A stretch of 64,000 nt of DNA from positions 1,612,001 to 1,676,000 of the forward strand of contig NC_089432.1 of assembly GCF_026210795.1 (NCBI RefSeq), read 5' to 3'. Positions within the stretch are counted from its first letter, which is position 1, and each line of letters starts with the position of its first letter. The translations under genes and the position numbers were made by a program. Below, in pieces: positions 11,551 through 25,670 of this stretch. This DNA is from Rhizophagus irregularis. Its lineage: Eukaryota. A model generated the notes under the pieces. That model worked only from the letters and a program-made list of their open reading frames with translations, made no database searches and was not told the origin of the DNA.

Positions 11551-14500
11551 GACCAAATTCCTCTAAACTTATTTTTCAGATAGCTCTTCTATATTGATCA
11601 CGAAAGTAGTGACAAGTGAAACAGTGACAAAAATACAATTCGATAGAAAAAAATTTTTTGATAAGGTTTCACCCAATATTCTTGGATGGTCTTTAGCAGT
11701 TTCGGATATCATTGACGCTGAAAATAATATTGGCTTGATTGCAATTTCTTGTATGACTGATGAAGACATGAATCCAAAACTTAAAATTCTGCTTAGAAAA
11801 CTAAATCGACGTATAAAAAAATTATTTTTCTATTCTCTTGCTATCAGTCTCCTTTTAGTTCTCACTTTTTGGTTTCTTCCTTTACCCTTGGGTGTTCTCT
11901 TTTGCTGCGTTTCCGCGTATTATTGTTTCTGTTATGTCAGATATGTTACTGATATTCGACAACTAACTTGGAATTCTAGCAAAGGAATGATAAAGCTTTT
12001 CAAATTTTCATTTAACAATATCAACAATAATGCTGCTAATAATGTTATGACTAATAGTTATATTGCTTCAATATATAAGTATTGTCTTGGTGGAGTTGTT
12101 AGCTTTTTAAAAAATTCTAATAATTCTTCAAATTATGCAACACTTGTCTGCATGAATTGTATAAAAATTCAAACCATAGATATTAAATTAAATAAATTAA
12201 ATATAAATATTATTACACGTGAAGAAAGTGACTGTATATTACCCGGGAATTTATATAAAGAATTAGAAAGCATCAATGATGCAAAACATAATTGGATATA
12301 TCTTTTAAAATCTAGTAGATACCAAGAATTTTTAATGGTTGTAACAAATGAATATCAACAAACACAAAATATTGAAATATATAATGTTAATACTTCACAG
12401 TTAGTGAATGTTTACCACAGACTTTATGGTGATGAAGACTTTTTAGTTTCAAATAATAGTAAACCTGGAATTTTTGCAATATCAACTGATTCAAGATTAT
12501 TTGCTTATTCTTATGGAAATAATATTATTACAATTTATTTAATGGAAAGTGGCCTTGAAGTCGTTTCAAAAAAATTTAACAATATCCATAAAATTAAATT
12601 TTTAGAATTTATTGTTAAAGATAGAAAACTATTCATTATTGAAGAAGATAAAGAAAATGATGTGAAATTTCATATTTGGCTTATATCAGGATGTCTAAAT
12701 GATTATTTTCCTATTTCTAGAGATGATCTTAATTTATCAGATAATGATATTTCTACTTTATTAAAATATGATGGTTACTATCATATTTTAACAAAAGCAA
12801 ATGGAAAAATAGTTACTCTTAAGAAAGATAATGAGGATCAATTTAGAGTACTATCGGACATATTTACAAAGTCGGTCATCTTTAAAGAAAATGACAGTGT
12901 GATTGATGAATTTAAATATGATTATTCACATGATAATTTAGAACCATGGAATAATAGTGCAGGATCTATTCAATCTATTCGTGGTAAATTTCTTAACAAT
13001 GATAAGAGTTTACTTTATTTAATCGGCTGGAAATCTAAGTCACAAACTTTTAAAGACTTTGAGGATTTTAAGAGTTTTGAAAATTCGAATCTTGTTTATA
13101 TTTTAATAAGCGACAGCATCAAACCACTCAATAAAATTTGGCCCAATTTATTATTGGTTGAGAAAAATATTACTACCTCCCAGTTACATGAATTTAAATG
13201 ATAAAGATTTTAGTCCATTTCTTCGAATTAATAAGAAAAATAAAAGTGCATTTTTTAATGTTTCAGTGGTGGAAGCAGTTATTACTTCAAGATGGGAACA
13301 AACAAAAAATTATTGGATGATACCTTTATTAGTATATAGTACATTTTTGGCTTTATTTGCATATCTTCCTCCATTTTTCTTAGATGGTAATTATGAATTA
13401 GGTGGTGGCATTGACATTATAAATATGATTAATATGGGAATATTTTATTATGCTGGGTTATATTTATTAATTGCTGAATTTATGCAAATGAAGAAGTATA
13501 AGACCGAGTATTTTATATTATTTAACATATTTGATTTGTGCAGTATCTTGTTAGGTATTATTGTTTTTACTTTAACAATTGTAAAGTCATTTGATGAAAC
13601 TAATAGAATCAATGGTGAAGGGATTGTTATTTTAACGACAGTAACTACTCTAATACTTTGGATTGAAATGGTATGATTTACAGTATATTCTTTAAGTTGC
13701 TTTAATTACAATAGTTCATATATTAATTTGATATTATTTTTTAAGCTTTTTTGGCTACATTTATTTTCAAAAATAGCAATATACATATATATATTCGGTA
13801 ATATTTTGAGAAAGATTATACCGTTTTTTGCATTTATGTTTATTTTAACAATTGGAGTTGGACATTCAATGTAATTTTGTTTCTCTGTTTGTATTATTAT
13901 ATCTAACTTATTAGAAGAATTAACTCTTTTTACGTACAATTATAAATAGGCTTATATTTTTTGGATATCCATCACTTCTTAATTTAAATCCAACGGCTTC
14001 AAATTTCACATTGAATAATGAGACTGGAAATTTTACTTTTACGGGAGAAAGTCCAAATAATCCTTTTGATACAATATGGGATGCGATACTTTCTGCATAC
14101 TATTGGAATGCAATTTATTTGAGTCCTTACAATTATTGGCCATTAAAATTATTTTCTTCCCTATAAAAAATAAATATCCGGAAAATGTCTACGAAAATGT
14201 CTGGAAATTGTCCAGATTAAATCTGGCATGTCCAGAAATTGTCCGGAAAATGTCTATTTTTTGCTACAAATTTGATACCTAAAATTTTGACATATCCAGA
14301 CTTTATCCAGAATATATCCAGAATTTGTTCAGTATAAAATTTTGGACAAATTCTGGACAGATAAACCTGGACAAATTCTGGACATAGTAAAAATTTAGAT
14401 AATTTGAACTGGACAAATTCTCCAAAAAAAAATAAATTAATTTTGTAAAAAAATGCAAAAAGCACAAGACTGACATTCATAACCTTCTTTGTCATACTAA

Positions 14501-15268
14501 TTAAATTTGCTGAGCAGGCAAAAATACTATGATATATAACTTTAGGTTAAAAGCAATTATAATGATGGTCACCTGTTAATCATCTTTTTGTGCCAAATTT
14601 TATGAAAAAATATTTTGGGTCAATTTCTGGACAAATTCTGGACAAAATGAGTATCCGGAAACAAGTGTGTTTTCGGAATAATTTCCAGACATAGCACCTG
14701 GCATTTTCTGGACATTTTCTGGACAATTATTTAGACAAATTTTCTGGACAATTTCTGGACACTTATTTTTTGCTTGTTTTGCAAATATTATTTTGGTTCT
14801 TGTTTTATTAAACATGATAATTGCATTGATGAAGTAAGTGGTATGATTTATTTTCATTAACATGATATTTATTCATATTTTAATCTTTTGAATTTTACTT
14901 AGTGATATATTTAATAATAAAGCTAAAGAAGATGGTAAACTTGGATTATTAATGTACAGAGTAGAACTTATTAATGATTATGAAAGATTAATGATCCTTT
15001 CTTTAGTGCATCGTTAAATAATAAATCACCATATATTTGTTTTTATCAGAATCCTGATTTAATAAAAAAAATGGATTACAAAATCTCAGGAACTTAAAGA
15101 TATAAAATTATATTCATGGTATAATGAGAATGTTGATAAGAAAGAGATAACTTTGATAATGAAAATGATACTATTAATCTTTGATATGCATTAATAACTG
15201 GTGATAAAAACCAAAATTCAGCTTCTACTAGCTTATCAATACCTGATCATATGACACTCTGGTTCTAG
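11389..15268 (+). pseudogene. TRP-like channel paralogue 2, pseudogene
   Basis: Exon 1 is 11389-11488 and exon 2 starts at 11580. Near 13125 a large internal deletion fuses exon 2 out of frame to exon 5. Exon 6 is 13746-13870. Exon 7 (from 13950) is split by the 14159-14772 insertion. The last exon, 14903-15268, has frameshifts but ends in the family terminus HMTLWF-stop. Confidence 0.88.
14159..14772. mobile_element. CCCTA-ended MITE inserted in the S6-coding exon of paralogue 2
   Basis: Left TIR ccctataaaaaataaatatccggaaaatgtc. The right TIR is eroded (…ctggacacttattttttg). TSD ctt. The empty site restores PLKLFSCFANIILVLVLLNMIIALM. Subterminal tccaga/tctgga repeats are present. Confidence 0.85.
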
Positions 15269-15744
15269 TTTTTTTATTATTTTTACTTTAGTTATTTACA
15301 TTATATTTATTATTATATTTATTTTGATGTATTTATTATTATTATTATTATTTTTTTGATAGTATTAAGCATATTCACTTATTGAATATTATGAAATCAT
15401 GTATTTTTGTAAGCTAATTGAATAATATATGTATCATATGTCATTTAATAAAAAAGATTTTCTTCATTGATCTTTTCATTATTAAATATAAATAAATTAT
15501 TAAATTTTTGTTTTTATATAATTACAATTATAATTAATTTATAAACTTTTAAGTATATTGATAATATTTAGAATACACATAATAAATAATGATTAGAAAT
15601 AAAAAAAAATTCAGATAATTAAATCCATTTAAATATTTTATTTGTGTTCATATGATTGTTTTATAAAAAGAAATTTGGAAGAGTTTTGATGATATGTTTA
15701 GGCATAGAAAAGATGTTAGACAAAAGATGATCTAGATTGATCCT

Positions 15745-15925
15745 TACCATATTTCATTTTCCAAGGACCATCTTTCCAAACTGCTTTAAAAGTAGTTCCA
15801 AATATTCATTTTGCTAAATATTCAACATTTTCAAATTTATAATATTACTCTATAATTTGTTTCACATTTTTAGCTTTTAATTGTGCTTTTTGAATAAATT
15901 GATTAACGTCATGTTCCAATTTCAA
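15745..15925 (-). pseudogene. Relic of a tyrosine-kinase-like protein kinase N-lobe
   Basis: The minus strand reads HDVNQFIQKAQLKAKNVKQIIE*YYKFENVEYLAK*IFGTTFKAVWKDGP. This matches the EWIxY..FENVEYLAKGGFG...KAxW pattern of the expanded AM-fungal kinases, with stops. Confidence 0.75.
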
Positions 15926-16650
15926 GTTATTGCCTCACATTGAAGAGTTTAGAATGCCCTGTCAGGGACTAAGGCAACTTGTTTCCTTAAAAAGAACTGA
16001 AAAACCTAAAATATTATTTAAATTTGATAAATTTGTAATTTAAGAGATTTTATAATTCCCATACAAAATTAAATTGTTTATTAAAGAGAAATAAAGATGG
16101 ATTCATTACTAAAAAAATTTGTAAAAAATTAAATTGTTTATTAAAGAGAAATAAAGATAGATTCATTCCTAAAAAAAATTCGTAAATTGTAAAGTTAAAT
16201 TAAATGTTGTTACATTTATAGGAAAGAAAATATCCTTGGTGAATATAACCCAAAATACGTCAGATTTTATTATCGAATAATTATATTTTTTTCCATTGGA
16301 TGAAACATTGCAAATTTTATTTTGATGGTAATTTATTTTGAAGCAAGATTTCCAGTATTGCATTAAATATGGTTAGAAAAACAAGTAAAAACAGGTGGAC
16401 TATTAAATTATGTGTCATTTGTGTAAAAAAGAGAACTTAGGAAACTTCAATGACTTTTCTGATAAATTTTGAAATTTTTTGAAAAAAATCTTAAAGGAAT
16501 CTTTACAGATTTTTTATTGTTAAGGTATTTTTACCAAAAAATATTATTGAAATAAAAATAAATTATTATTACCTTTGAATTAAAAAGTGTAAGAAAATAT
16601 AGTAGCAATATTAAATTAAATATCAAGTTTACATAATTACATAAAGATCA

Positions 16651-17123
16651 TCTTTCAAAGATGAAGCAACTCAACACAACCATGTATTGTGCTAGAATTA
16701 CTCATTGTCTAATGAATTTGAACATAACAGAGGAGAGGATAATCCCACCAAGAACTCTGTATTCACAGTAAACCTACACTTACCAATCTAATGAGATCAT
16801 ATCTGAATTTGTTATTGAACTCCAACAAATTTCTTGAAGGAATCTAATAAGAATAATAAAAAAAAATATATGAGATCCTAGGCAATATTATTAACAACAT
16901 CAGGATATTAGAGATCCAAAACATTGCTAATAACAATCAAAGTAAGCATAAAGTTCACACTCAGTGACTTAGAGGTCATCTTTCAGAGAGAGAACAACTC
17001 AACACACCCGTGCATTGTGCTAGAATCACTCTTTGTCTAATGAATTTGAACATAACAGAGGAGAGGATAATCCCACCAAGAACTCTGTATTCACAGTAAA
17101 CTTACACTTACCAGTCTAATGAA
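16651..17123. repeat. Direct duplication of a ~145-bp segment (16651-16794 and 16980-17123)
   Basis: Shared caactcaacac...tgtctaatgaatttgaacataacagaggagaggataatcccac...gtattcacagtaaac...cacttacca. Confidence 0.85.
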
Positions 17124-18472
17124 AGTCCAAAAAAAATACCATATCATTTTATAAAAAAATCTATTAAATCTAATTAATTAATATAAATGTATCTTTATAT
17201 CCAAAGTAAAGTTAAAATGATATGGTGATAGAGAATATTTTGTTGTTTCAATATTTATTTCTTTTATATATATTTAAAAATGTTTTTTTTTGTATTAAAG
17301 TTCTCTTGTTTATAGAGGGAGATTTTTCATAAAAACTATTAATATTATTTTCTATAATGTTTGTATTATAAGTGTATTGCAAATAAAGAAGAAAAATGAG
17401 CTTTTGTAAAAATTATAGGTCAAAAAGTGTTGGTGGCTTTTTATAATAAATATGGTAAGAAAAAAAAGTTGGTCTTTTTAAACATAAAAAAGAGTAAAAA
17501 AAGTAAAAAAAAAGTAAAAAGTAAAAAAATAGTCTATTTATTTAATTTATTTTGTTGATCTTTTACGTAAATGTAATCAATAATAATAATTAGCCACTCG
17601 GAATTTGAAACAGTCGCGTTATAATAATAACATAGACGCGTTTTATCACATAGGTCACATAGGTCAAATGATCAAAATGATCTACCATATTCATCGGAAA
17701 ATGAGCAACCCGAAAATAAGCAACATGGGCGGAATTATGGCATTTGTGGCCCGCGTTACTAAATCTTGGCCTGCATCACGTGCAAAAGTTGTTGCTTATT
17801 TTTGGATGAATACGGTATTTGATCTATTTATCTAACAGCGATCGATTTATTTTTTTTCATTTAATGATTCTTTTAAATATTTACATTTTGTTTAATATTG
17901 GTAGTCATCTGTTAATAGATTAGACATTTCGTGGTACACTGCTCGATATATGTCGATAATTTATTTATTTTATAGTTGTGAGATAAAGTCGATATAGTCT
18001 GGATTATCCTATATAAAAAATAAACTTGAATTATTTAATAGGGATAGCTTGCTTACAACATAGTAATAACAGATGTAGAAAAACATTTAGGTAAAGATGG
18101 GAAAAAGATAAAATTATACATTTCTTCATTTTAATATTTTATAATCGCGCTTTTTGTTATTTTCAGAAAAACTGCGTGGAACTTTTATTTATTAAAAAAA
18201 AAAATTAACATGTTTTATTAATATGTTGGATCAGATTAGTATTATTTGCTCTTTCTAACCCACTATAATAAGTTAATCATAAACGTCCATGAGGACTTCG
18301 AACAAGATCAATAAAAAGTAGATTTTCTTTTCTTTTTTCCATCATAATAATAAATATTATTAGTAAATATCACTCCACACAGTTATTTAATAAAAATTCT
18401 TACAGATTTTCTTTATTCAAAATAAAAGAAAAAGAAAAGATAAAAGTTCTAAAAAATTTCACGCTATGAAAA

Positions 18473-18975
18473 TTATAACGAAATAGGTAAAATTAACATA
18501 ATTTGAAATACTTCAAATTCTTCTACAAAACATAATTCTTCAGTTTCTCTAATTTGTTTTTCATAAGAACTTTTTTTACATGAAAATCCAAATCCATTTT
18601 CAATACTATGGCATAAATACAGATCAAAATTACCAAATGATGGACCGACGTAATAACTATTATATACAGCATTCTTTTCATCCACTACATGACTCAGAAT
18701 ATTATTATTATTCTTAAAACAGAATATAAAATTATCTTTAGTAATACCATAACCGTTGGATTTCCATTCATAACCTCCAAAAATTTCGTTACCATTTTTT
18801 ACTTTAATAATTGTCACAGTACGAGATTTATTATAACATTTTTAATGGAATTCTTTAAATGCATCAAATCCGGCAAGTATTTCATGAGATCCACCATATA
18901 ATAACTTGAATTTGTATGAAGTTGTTGATTCATCTGATTTATCGATCCATTTTGAGATTAATTCAGCTTGTTAGG
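18473..18975 (-). pseudogene. TLDc-domain relic (C-terminus of a BTB/BACK-TLDc-type gene)
   Basis: ISKWIDK...YKFKLLY.GS...GF...FH*KC...TVTIIKVKNGNEIFGGY...FIFCF...GPSFG..DL...YEKQIR...VEEFEVFQI. There is an internal stop near 18843 and no upstream domains. Confidence 0.8.
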
Positions 18976-19695
18976 ATACAGTTCGGCAATTAAATTTATT
19001 CTATTTAAATTCTCCATAATAGGCAAGGTTAAAGCAAATAAGTAAAATAAAAAAATGTTTAACTAAATATAGTAAGTATCATGTAATTAAAAGTTGTGGA
19101 TTTTTCATTCAAATATGATTTCAACTATATAAGGAATAATTAATTCATATTATAATATGCAATACTTTTTTTTCAATCTTTTTTTTTTTAATTAAATTAT
19201 TATAAAATTTTCCTCCCTTCCGATCGATCAACTGTAGGATATGAAAATTAATTTTAACTAACCAAATCTAAAAAAAAGAATTTTACCAAACAACTATGGT
19301 AATAAACTTAAGTAAGACAATCACTTTTATATTGCTATGTTTGGTTGGTAAAATACAGTATTTAATTAATCCATTATATTCTAATATAGTCAAATTTTTA
19401 CTTATCGTGATTTTTTACAAAAAAAAACTTTGGAATAATCGATTAAAATAATAAAACTATTGTATCTACTTTTTGGACATAAATAAAAGAAAAGAACTGT
19501 TTCATTAATTTAATGCATAGGTTTTTTTATGTTTTTTTGATTAATTCTGATTTTTTTTTATTTTTTTTGGTAAAAAAAAAATTTTTTGGAAAGAAATTAT
19601 CTATTACTATAACTAAATTAAAGGTCCCAAAAGGCGTTTGTATTTATCACAGCCAATCAATAAATTTAGTATTAATAAATTATATATAAATTCTT

Positions 19696-19980
19696 TTTAA
19701 TTTTTGTACTACAAATTAAATCATGATGACAAAAAATTTTTTCTTTCATTTAATGAAAAAAAAAAAGGATTGTTACTAAAACTAAACTTAATTGATGTAA
19801 GAAACTATAACAGAACGAAAAAAAATATTAATTATTATTTCAATCTCTTATAGTGTCATTATTGATCGTGTGATGCAATTAGAAATAATATTTTTATCAT
19901 TTATTTTAACTTTATTATAATAATAACGATAATAATAAAAACATGAAATAATGAAAATTTTACAAGGTTTTTAATGAAAT
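19696..19980. repeat. ~280-bp dispersed direct repeat, second copy at ~25022-25300
   Basis: tttttgtactacaaatta...tgatgacaaa...ggattgttact...aacttaattgatgtaagaaac...tgtcattattgatcgtgtgatg.aattagaaataatatttttatcatttattttaac occurs in both places. Confidence 0.88.
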
Positions 19981-20002
19981 TTAATTTATTTTATTATTTG
20001 CA

Positions 20003-20842
20003 CTAGGCGTAACCCGTCGCTTTGCCCCGGGGATGATACTTGCCCATCAAGTAAGAGAGTAATAATAACACACTTATATATTGTTACCATATCTCAAAGA
20101 AATTCATTATAACAATCTATTGTTATAGAAAAAAAAATATCTCACTAATTAATATGAAAAAAAAATTCCCAGAAAAATTAATGATAACGATCTATTGTCA
20201 TGAAAAAAAAAATCCTATAGTGATATATTGTCACGAAAAAAAAATATTGGTACAAAAGGTAAATAAATAAGTAATTATTATTGAACTTGATACAACCTAA
20301 AAAATATTATTATTAATAATAAGAATCAGCAATTGCCGTGGTACTGCAACATCGATCCGATCACCGATCCAAATGGCGAAAGAATGTATTCGGGGAAAAA
20401 AAATTTTTTTTGATTAGAAAAAAAGTCAACCGGAAAAAAAAATAAAAAAAATTCGAAAAAATAAAAACGAAAAAAAATTTTGGGAGGAGGGACAAAGAGA
20501 AAAATCAGGTTGAAAAAAGAAACTGAAAAGGAAAAAGAAAGAAAAAATAAAAAAAATTCGAAAGAAAAAGAAAAAAAAATTGGGTTAAAAGAAAAAGGAT
20601 AAAGAAAGAAATCGGTTTAAAAAAGGGAAATTTTCGAAAAGAAAAGGAATCCGAAAAAAAAGTAAGCACCGAAAAAAATTCTGAAAAAAAAGGATAATAA
20701 TTCGTCCAAAAATTTTAAAAAAAAAGAAAAAAAAAAGGAAAAGGTGTTTCGAAAGAGAAAAGAGGAAATTTGAAAAAAAGGAAAGAACCGAAAGTAAAGA
20801 TTGGCAACCAATAAATTTAGTACCAATAAATTATATATAAGT
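20003..20842 (-). mobile_element. Candidate non-autonomous Helitron (minus strand)
   Basis: The minus-strand 3' end is an imperfect GC hairpin (20013-20031) followed by CTAG|T at 20003-20006. The putative 5' end cttatatataatt near 20841 lacks a clean TC. A second hairpin (20863-20881) plus CTAG|T (20845-20848) abuts it. Confidence 0.5.
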
Positions 20843-20964
20843 AACTAGAATATGCGATTTGCTGGGGGACTTCATCCCCCAAATATAACATTTATAATTA
20901 AAAAAATTCTTTGATATAAATAAATTGAATTGTTACTGAATAATAAAATTTTATTATAATTAGA

Positions 20965-21080
20965 CCCTATAAAAAATCATGTTTTAATAAGATTTATACA
21001 ATTTTTTCTTAAAAATAATGTATCTAAACTATATATAAGGATACAGGAAAATGCACAATTCCATATCGCAAAAATGCACC
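20965..21080. mobile_element. Solo end of the CCCTA family
   Basis: ccctataaaaaa...ggatacaggaaaatgcacaattccatatc aligns with the reverse complement of 54455-54560. No partner TIR was found nearby. Confidence 0.65.
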
Positions 21081-21382
21081 ATTTGTATGATTACCCATAA
21101 TTTATACTGAATTTATATTGATTTGATCAAAGAAATTACATAATTTGAGCATAGAATTTACAAGAATTGGTCAATAAATTTACTGCTTAAATTATAATTA
21201 TTAATATTAGTTGCATTTATATGAATTTAATTTTAAATAATAATATTTTATTAAATTATTAAATCAAATAGTATCATGTGATTATAATTAGCCAATAATA
21301 TAAATTAATTTTTATAATTTAAAATAATGACATAAGCTGTAATAAGTGTTCTAAAGTTAATACAGCTACAAAAAAATGAAAT

Positions 21383-24196
21383 CTTATGAAAACTAATATT
21401 CAAGTAGTTTCAACTTACCTGAACAATTTTCAATCAATAAATAAAGTTGATTTCATTTGCCCAAAGTGGAAATATTATGCTCTAAATTAAAAAACAGAAA
21501 AGAGAGTTAATATCATCAAGAAAAATGCAATTTTCTCTAAGCACTACATCTACATTCATGAAAATTAATATTGAAGTGGTTTCAATCTACCTGAACAACT
21601 TTCAATTAATAAATAAAGTTAATTTAATTTGCCCAAAGTGAAGATGTTATGCTCTAAATTAAAAAACAGAAAAGAGAGTTAATATCACCAAGAAAAATGC
21701 AATTTTCTCTAAGCACTACATCTACATTCATGAAAATTAATATTCAAGTGGTTTCAACCTGCCTGAACAACTTTCAATTAATAAATAAAGTTGATTTCAT
21801 TTGTTCAAAGTGGAAATATTACGCTCTAAATAAAAACAGAAAAGAGAGTTAATATCATCAAGAAAAATGCAATTTTCTCTGAGCACTACACCTACATTCA
21901 TGAAAATTAATATTCAAGTAGTTTCAACCTGCCTGAACAACTTTCAATTAATAAATAAAGTTGATTTCATTTGCCCAAAGTGGAAATATTACGCTATAAA
22001 TTAAAAAACAGAAAAGAGAGTTAATATCATCAAGAAAAATGCAATTTTCTCTAAGCACTACACCTACATTCATGAAAATTAATATTCAAGTGGTTTCAAC
22101 CTGCCTGAACAACTTTCATTTAATAAATAAAGTTGATTTCATTTGCCCAAAGTGGAAATATTACGCTATAAATTAAAAAACAGAAAAGAGAGTTAATATC
22201 ATCAAGAAAAATGCAATTTTCTCTAAGCACTACACCTACATTCATAAAAATTAATATTCAAGTGGTTTCAACCTGCCTGAACAACTTTCAATTAATAAAT
22301 AAAGTTGATTTCATTTGTATAAAGTAAAAATATTACGCTATAAATTAAAAAACAGAAAAGAGAGTTAATATCATCAAGAAAAATGCAATTTTCTCTGAGC
22401 ACTACACCTACATTCATGAAAATTAATATTCAAGTGGTTTCAGCCTGCCTGAACAACTTTCATTTAATAAATAAAGTTGATTTCATTTGTCTAAAGTGGA
22501 AATATTACGCTCTAAATTAAAAAACAGAAAAGAGAGTTAATATCATCAAGAAAAATGCAATTTTCTCTAAGCACTACACCTACATTCATGAAAATTAATA
22601 TTCAAGTGGTTTCAACCTGCCTGAACAACTTTCAATTAATAAATAAAGTTGATTTCATTTGTCTAAAGTGGAAATATTACGCTCTAAATTAAAACACAAA
22701 AAAGAGAGTTAATATCATCAAGAAAAATGCAATTTTCTCTAAGCACTACACCTACATTCATGAAAATTAATATTCAAGTGGTTTCAACCTGCCTGAACAA
22801 CTTTCATTTAATAAATAAAGTTGATTTCATTTGCCCAAAGTGGAAATATTACGCTATAAATTAAAAAACAGAAAAGAGAGTTAATATCATCAAGAAAAAT
22901 GCAATTTTCTCTAAGCACTACACCTACATTCATAAAAATTAATATTCAAGTGGTTTCAACCTGCCTGAACAGCTTTCAATTAATAAATAAAGTTGATTTC
23001 ATTTGTATAAAGTAAAAATATTACGCTATAAATTAAAAAACAGAAAAGAGAGTTAATATCATCAAGAAAAATGCAATTTTCTCTGAGCACTACACCTACA
23101 TTCATGAAAATTAATATTCAAGTGGTTTCAGCCTGCCTGAACAACTTTCATTTAATAAATAAAGTTGATTTCATTTGTCTAAAGTGGAAATATTACGCTC
23201 TAAATTAAAAAACAGAAAAGAGAGTTAATATCATCAAGAAAAATGCAATTTTCTCTAAGCACTACACCTACATTCATGAAAATTAATATTCAAGTAGTTT
23301 CAACCTGCCTGAACAACTTTCAATTAATAAATAAAGTTGATTTCATTTGTCTAAAGTGGAAATATTACGCTCTAAATTAAAACACAAAAAAGAGAGTTAA
23401 TATCATCAAGAAAAATGCAATTTTCTCTCTACATTCATGAAAATTAATATTCAAATGGTTTCAACCTGCCTGAACAACTTTCAATTAATAAATAAAGTTG
23501 ATTTCATTTGTCTAAAGTGGAAATATTACGCTCTAAGTTAAAAAACAGAAAAGAGAGTTAATATCATCAAGAAAAATGCAATTTTCTCTGAGCACTACAC
23601 CTACATTCATGAAAATTAATATTCAAGTATTTTCAACCTGCCTGAACAACTTTCAATTAATAAATAAAGTTGATTTCATTTGTCTAAAGTGGAAATATTA
23701 CGCTCTAAATTAAAAAAAGAGAAAAGAGAGTTAATATCATCAAGAAAAATGCAATTTTCTCTAAGCACTACACTTACATTCATGAAAATTAATGTTCAAG
23801 TTGTTTTAACCTGCCTGAACAACTTTCAATTAATAAATAAAGTTGATTTCATTTGTCTAAAGTGGAAATATTACGCTCTAAGTTAAAAAACAGAAAACAG
23901 AATTAATATCATCAAGAAAAATGAGCACCACACCTACATTCATGAAAATTAATATTCAAGTAGTTTCAACCTGCCTGAACAACTTTCATTTAATAAATAA
24001 AGTTGATTTCATTTGCCCAAAGTGGAAATATTACGCTCTAAATTAAAAAACAGAAAAGAGAGTTAATATCATCAAGAAATGCAATTTTCTCTAAGCACTA
24101 TACCTATATTCATGAAAATTAATATTCAAGTGGTTTCAACATGCCTGAACAACTTTTAATTAATAAATGAAGTTGATTTCATTTGGCCAAAGTGGA
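21383..24196. repeat. 172-bp satellite array, ~16 copies
   Basis: gcactac recurs at 21541, 21713, 21883, 22055, 22227, 22399, 22571, 22743, 22915, 23087, 23259 and onward. The outer copies are the most diverged. Confidence 0.96.
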
Positions 24197-25670
24197 GATT
24201 ATAGTATATTTGGAAAAAGAAGTTTAATTTAAAAAAATTTTATATAAAAAATAAATGTAATATAAAAATTAAGAACTGAGATGATAAAAATTTGAAAATG
24301 ACCTGACATGAATTTTGAATTAATTCTTTCATTAATTATAAATTCAAGTAGTTTAAAAATAAAAATAGTAAGAAAAAATATTTTTTATGAAATATCACAT
24401 TATTTTCTAAAAGAAATACACTTAAATACACTTATAAATTTAATTTGTGATTATGTAATATCCAAATATTTAATCTTACAAATAGAAAAAAATGTAAAAA
24501 AATTTATAAAAAAAGAAAAATTTTTGAAAAAAATTTTCGTCTAACACTTTTTTATTTTGATTATCACAAGATCTACATGATCATCTACACGTTTCAATTT
24601 TTTTAACGAAAAAGAAATATATTTGAATCTATTTTTATTGAAAATCAATAAAGATCAACAAAATCAAATACAAATATAAAACTTATTGTTTGATGCCTCA
24701 AGTTAATATGTAGCGAAAGTGGCACAAAAATGAATATTTTGTAATTTTATTCTAATGATATCAAAGAAGCAATATTGCAATAACAACGTCTATAGCTATA
24801 TAGCTATTGCAATTGCAATTAGCAATATATATAGCTATATAAAATTGAATCAAAAAAGTTCACATTGAGCATTTCCGAAATTATGAAAAAATGCATGTAG
24901 ATCGTATGACAAACTACAAATTAAGCGAAAAAGTGAATAAATTTGGAAGATGATCGTCAGAAATTTATCATCCAAAAGCATACTATCGCTAAATAAGTGA
25001 ATATAATGATTGTTAAATTATTTTTATTTTTGTACTACAAATTAACTTATGATGACAAATTTTTTTCTTTCATTTAATGAAACAAAGGATTGTTACTCTA
25101 CTCCTGTTTCAACTTAATTGATGTAAGAAACAATAACAAAAATATATTAATTATTATTTCAATCTATAAAAAATTTCTTGGAATGTCATTATTGATCGTG
25201 TGATGTAATTAGAAATAATATTTTTATCATTTATTTTAACCTTATTATAATACTAATAATAATAACATGAAAAAATGAAAATTAAAACATTTTTGATGAA
25301 GTCAGGCCGTAAAGAACTAAACCATATTTGGAAAGTATAAACCAATTATGGTAGGATAGAATGAACCCGTATATCCTTCCTTTTTGGATAATACCGGTGC
25401 CATTACATAATTCTGGCCCGTAGAGTTAATAGTAAATGATTTGTTTCCTATTTATATAATGCTAGGATCCTATTATGTTACAATTATGGCATCAATAATT
25501 ACTGTAATATGATGACACATTGACACAAGTACTTCGGCATTCTTTTTGCAACTAATAAAACTAATAAATATACAATTTGCCGATCCTAAACATATAAAAG
25601 CTGGTTTTGTACGAAAAAAATTGGAAATTTACCTTTTTTACAACCTTGATATAAAAAAAAAGAAAAAAAC

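Noticed and set aside
23680..23886. 68-aa ORF in the satellite, and a possible repeat protein
   Set aside because: The 172-bp unit is not a multiple of 3 and carries stops; this is a chance ORF.
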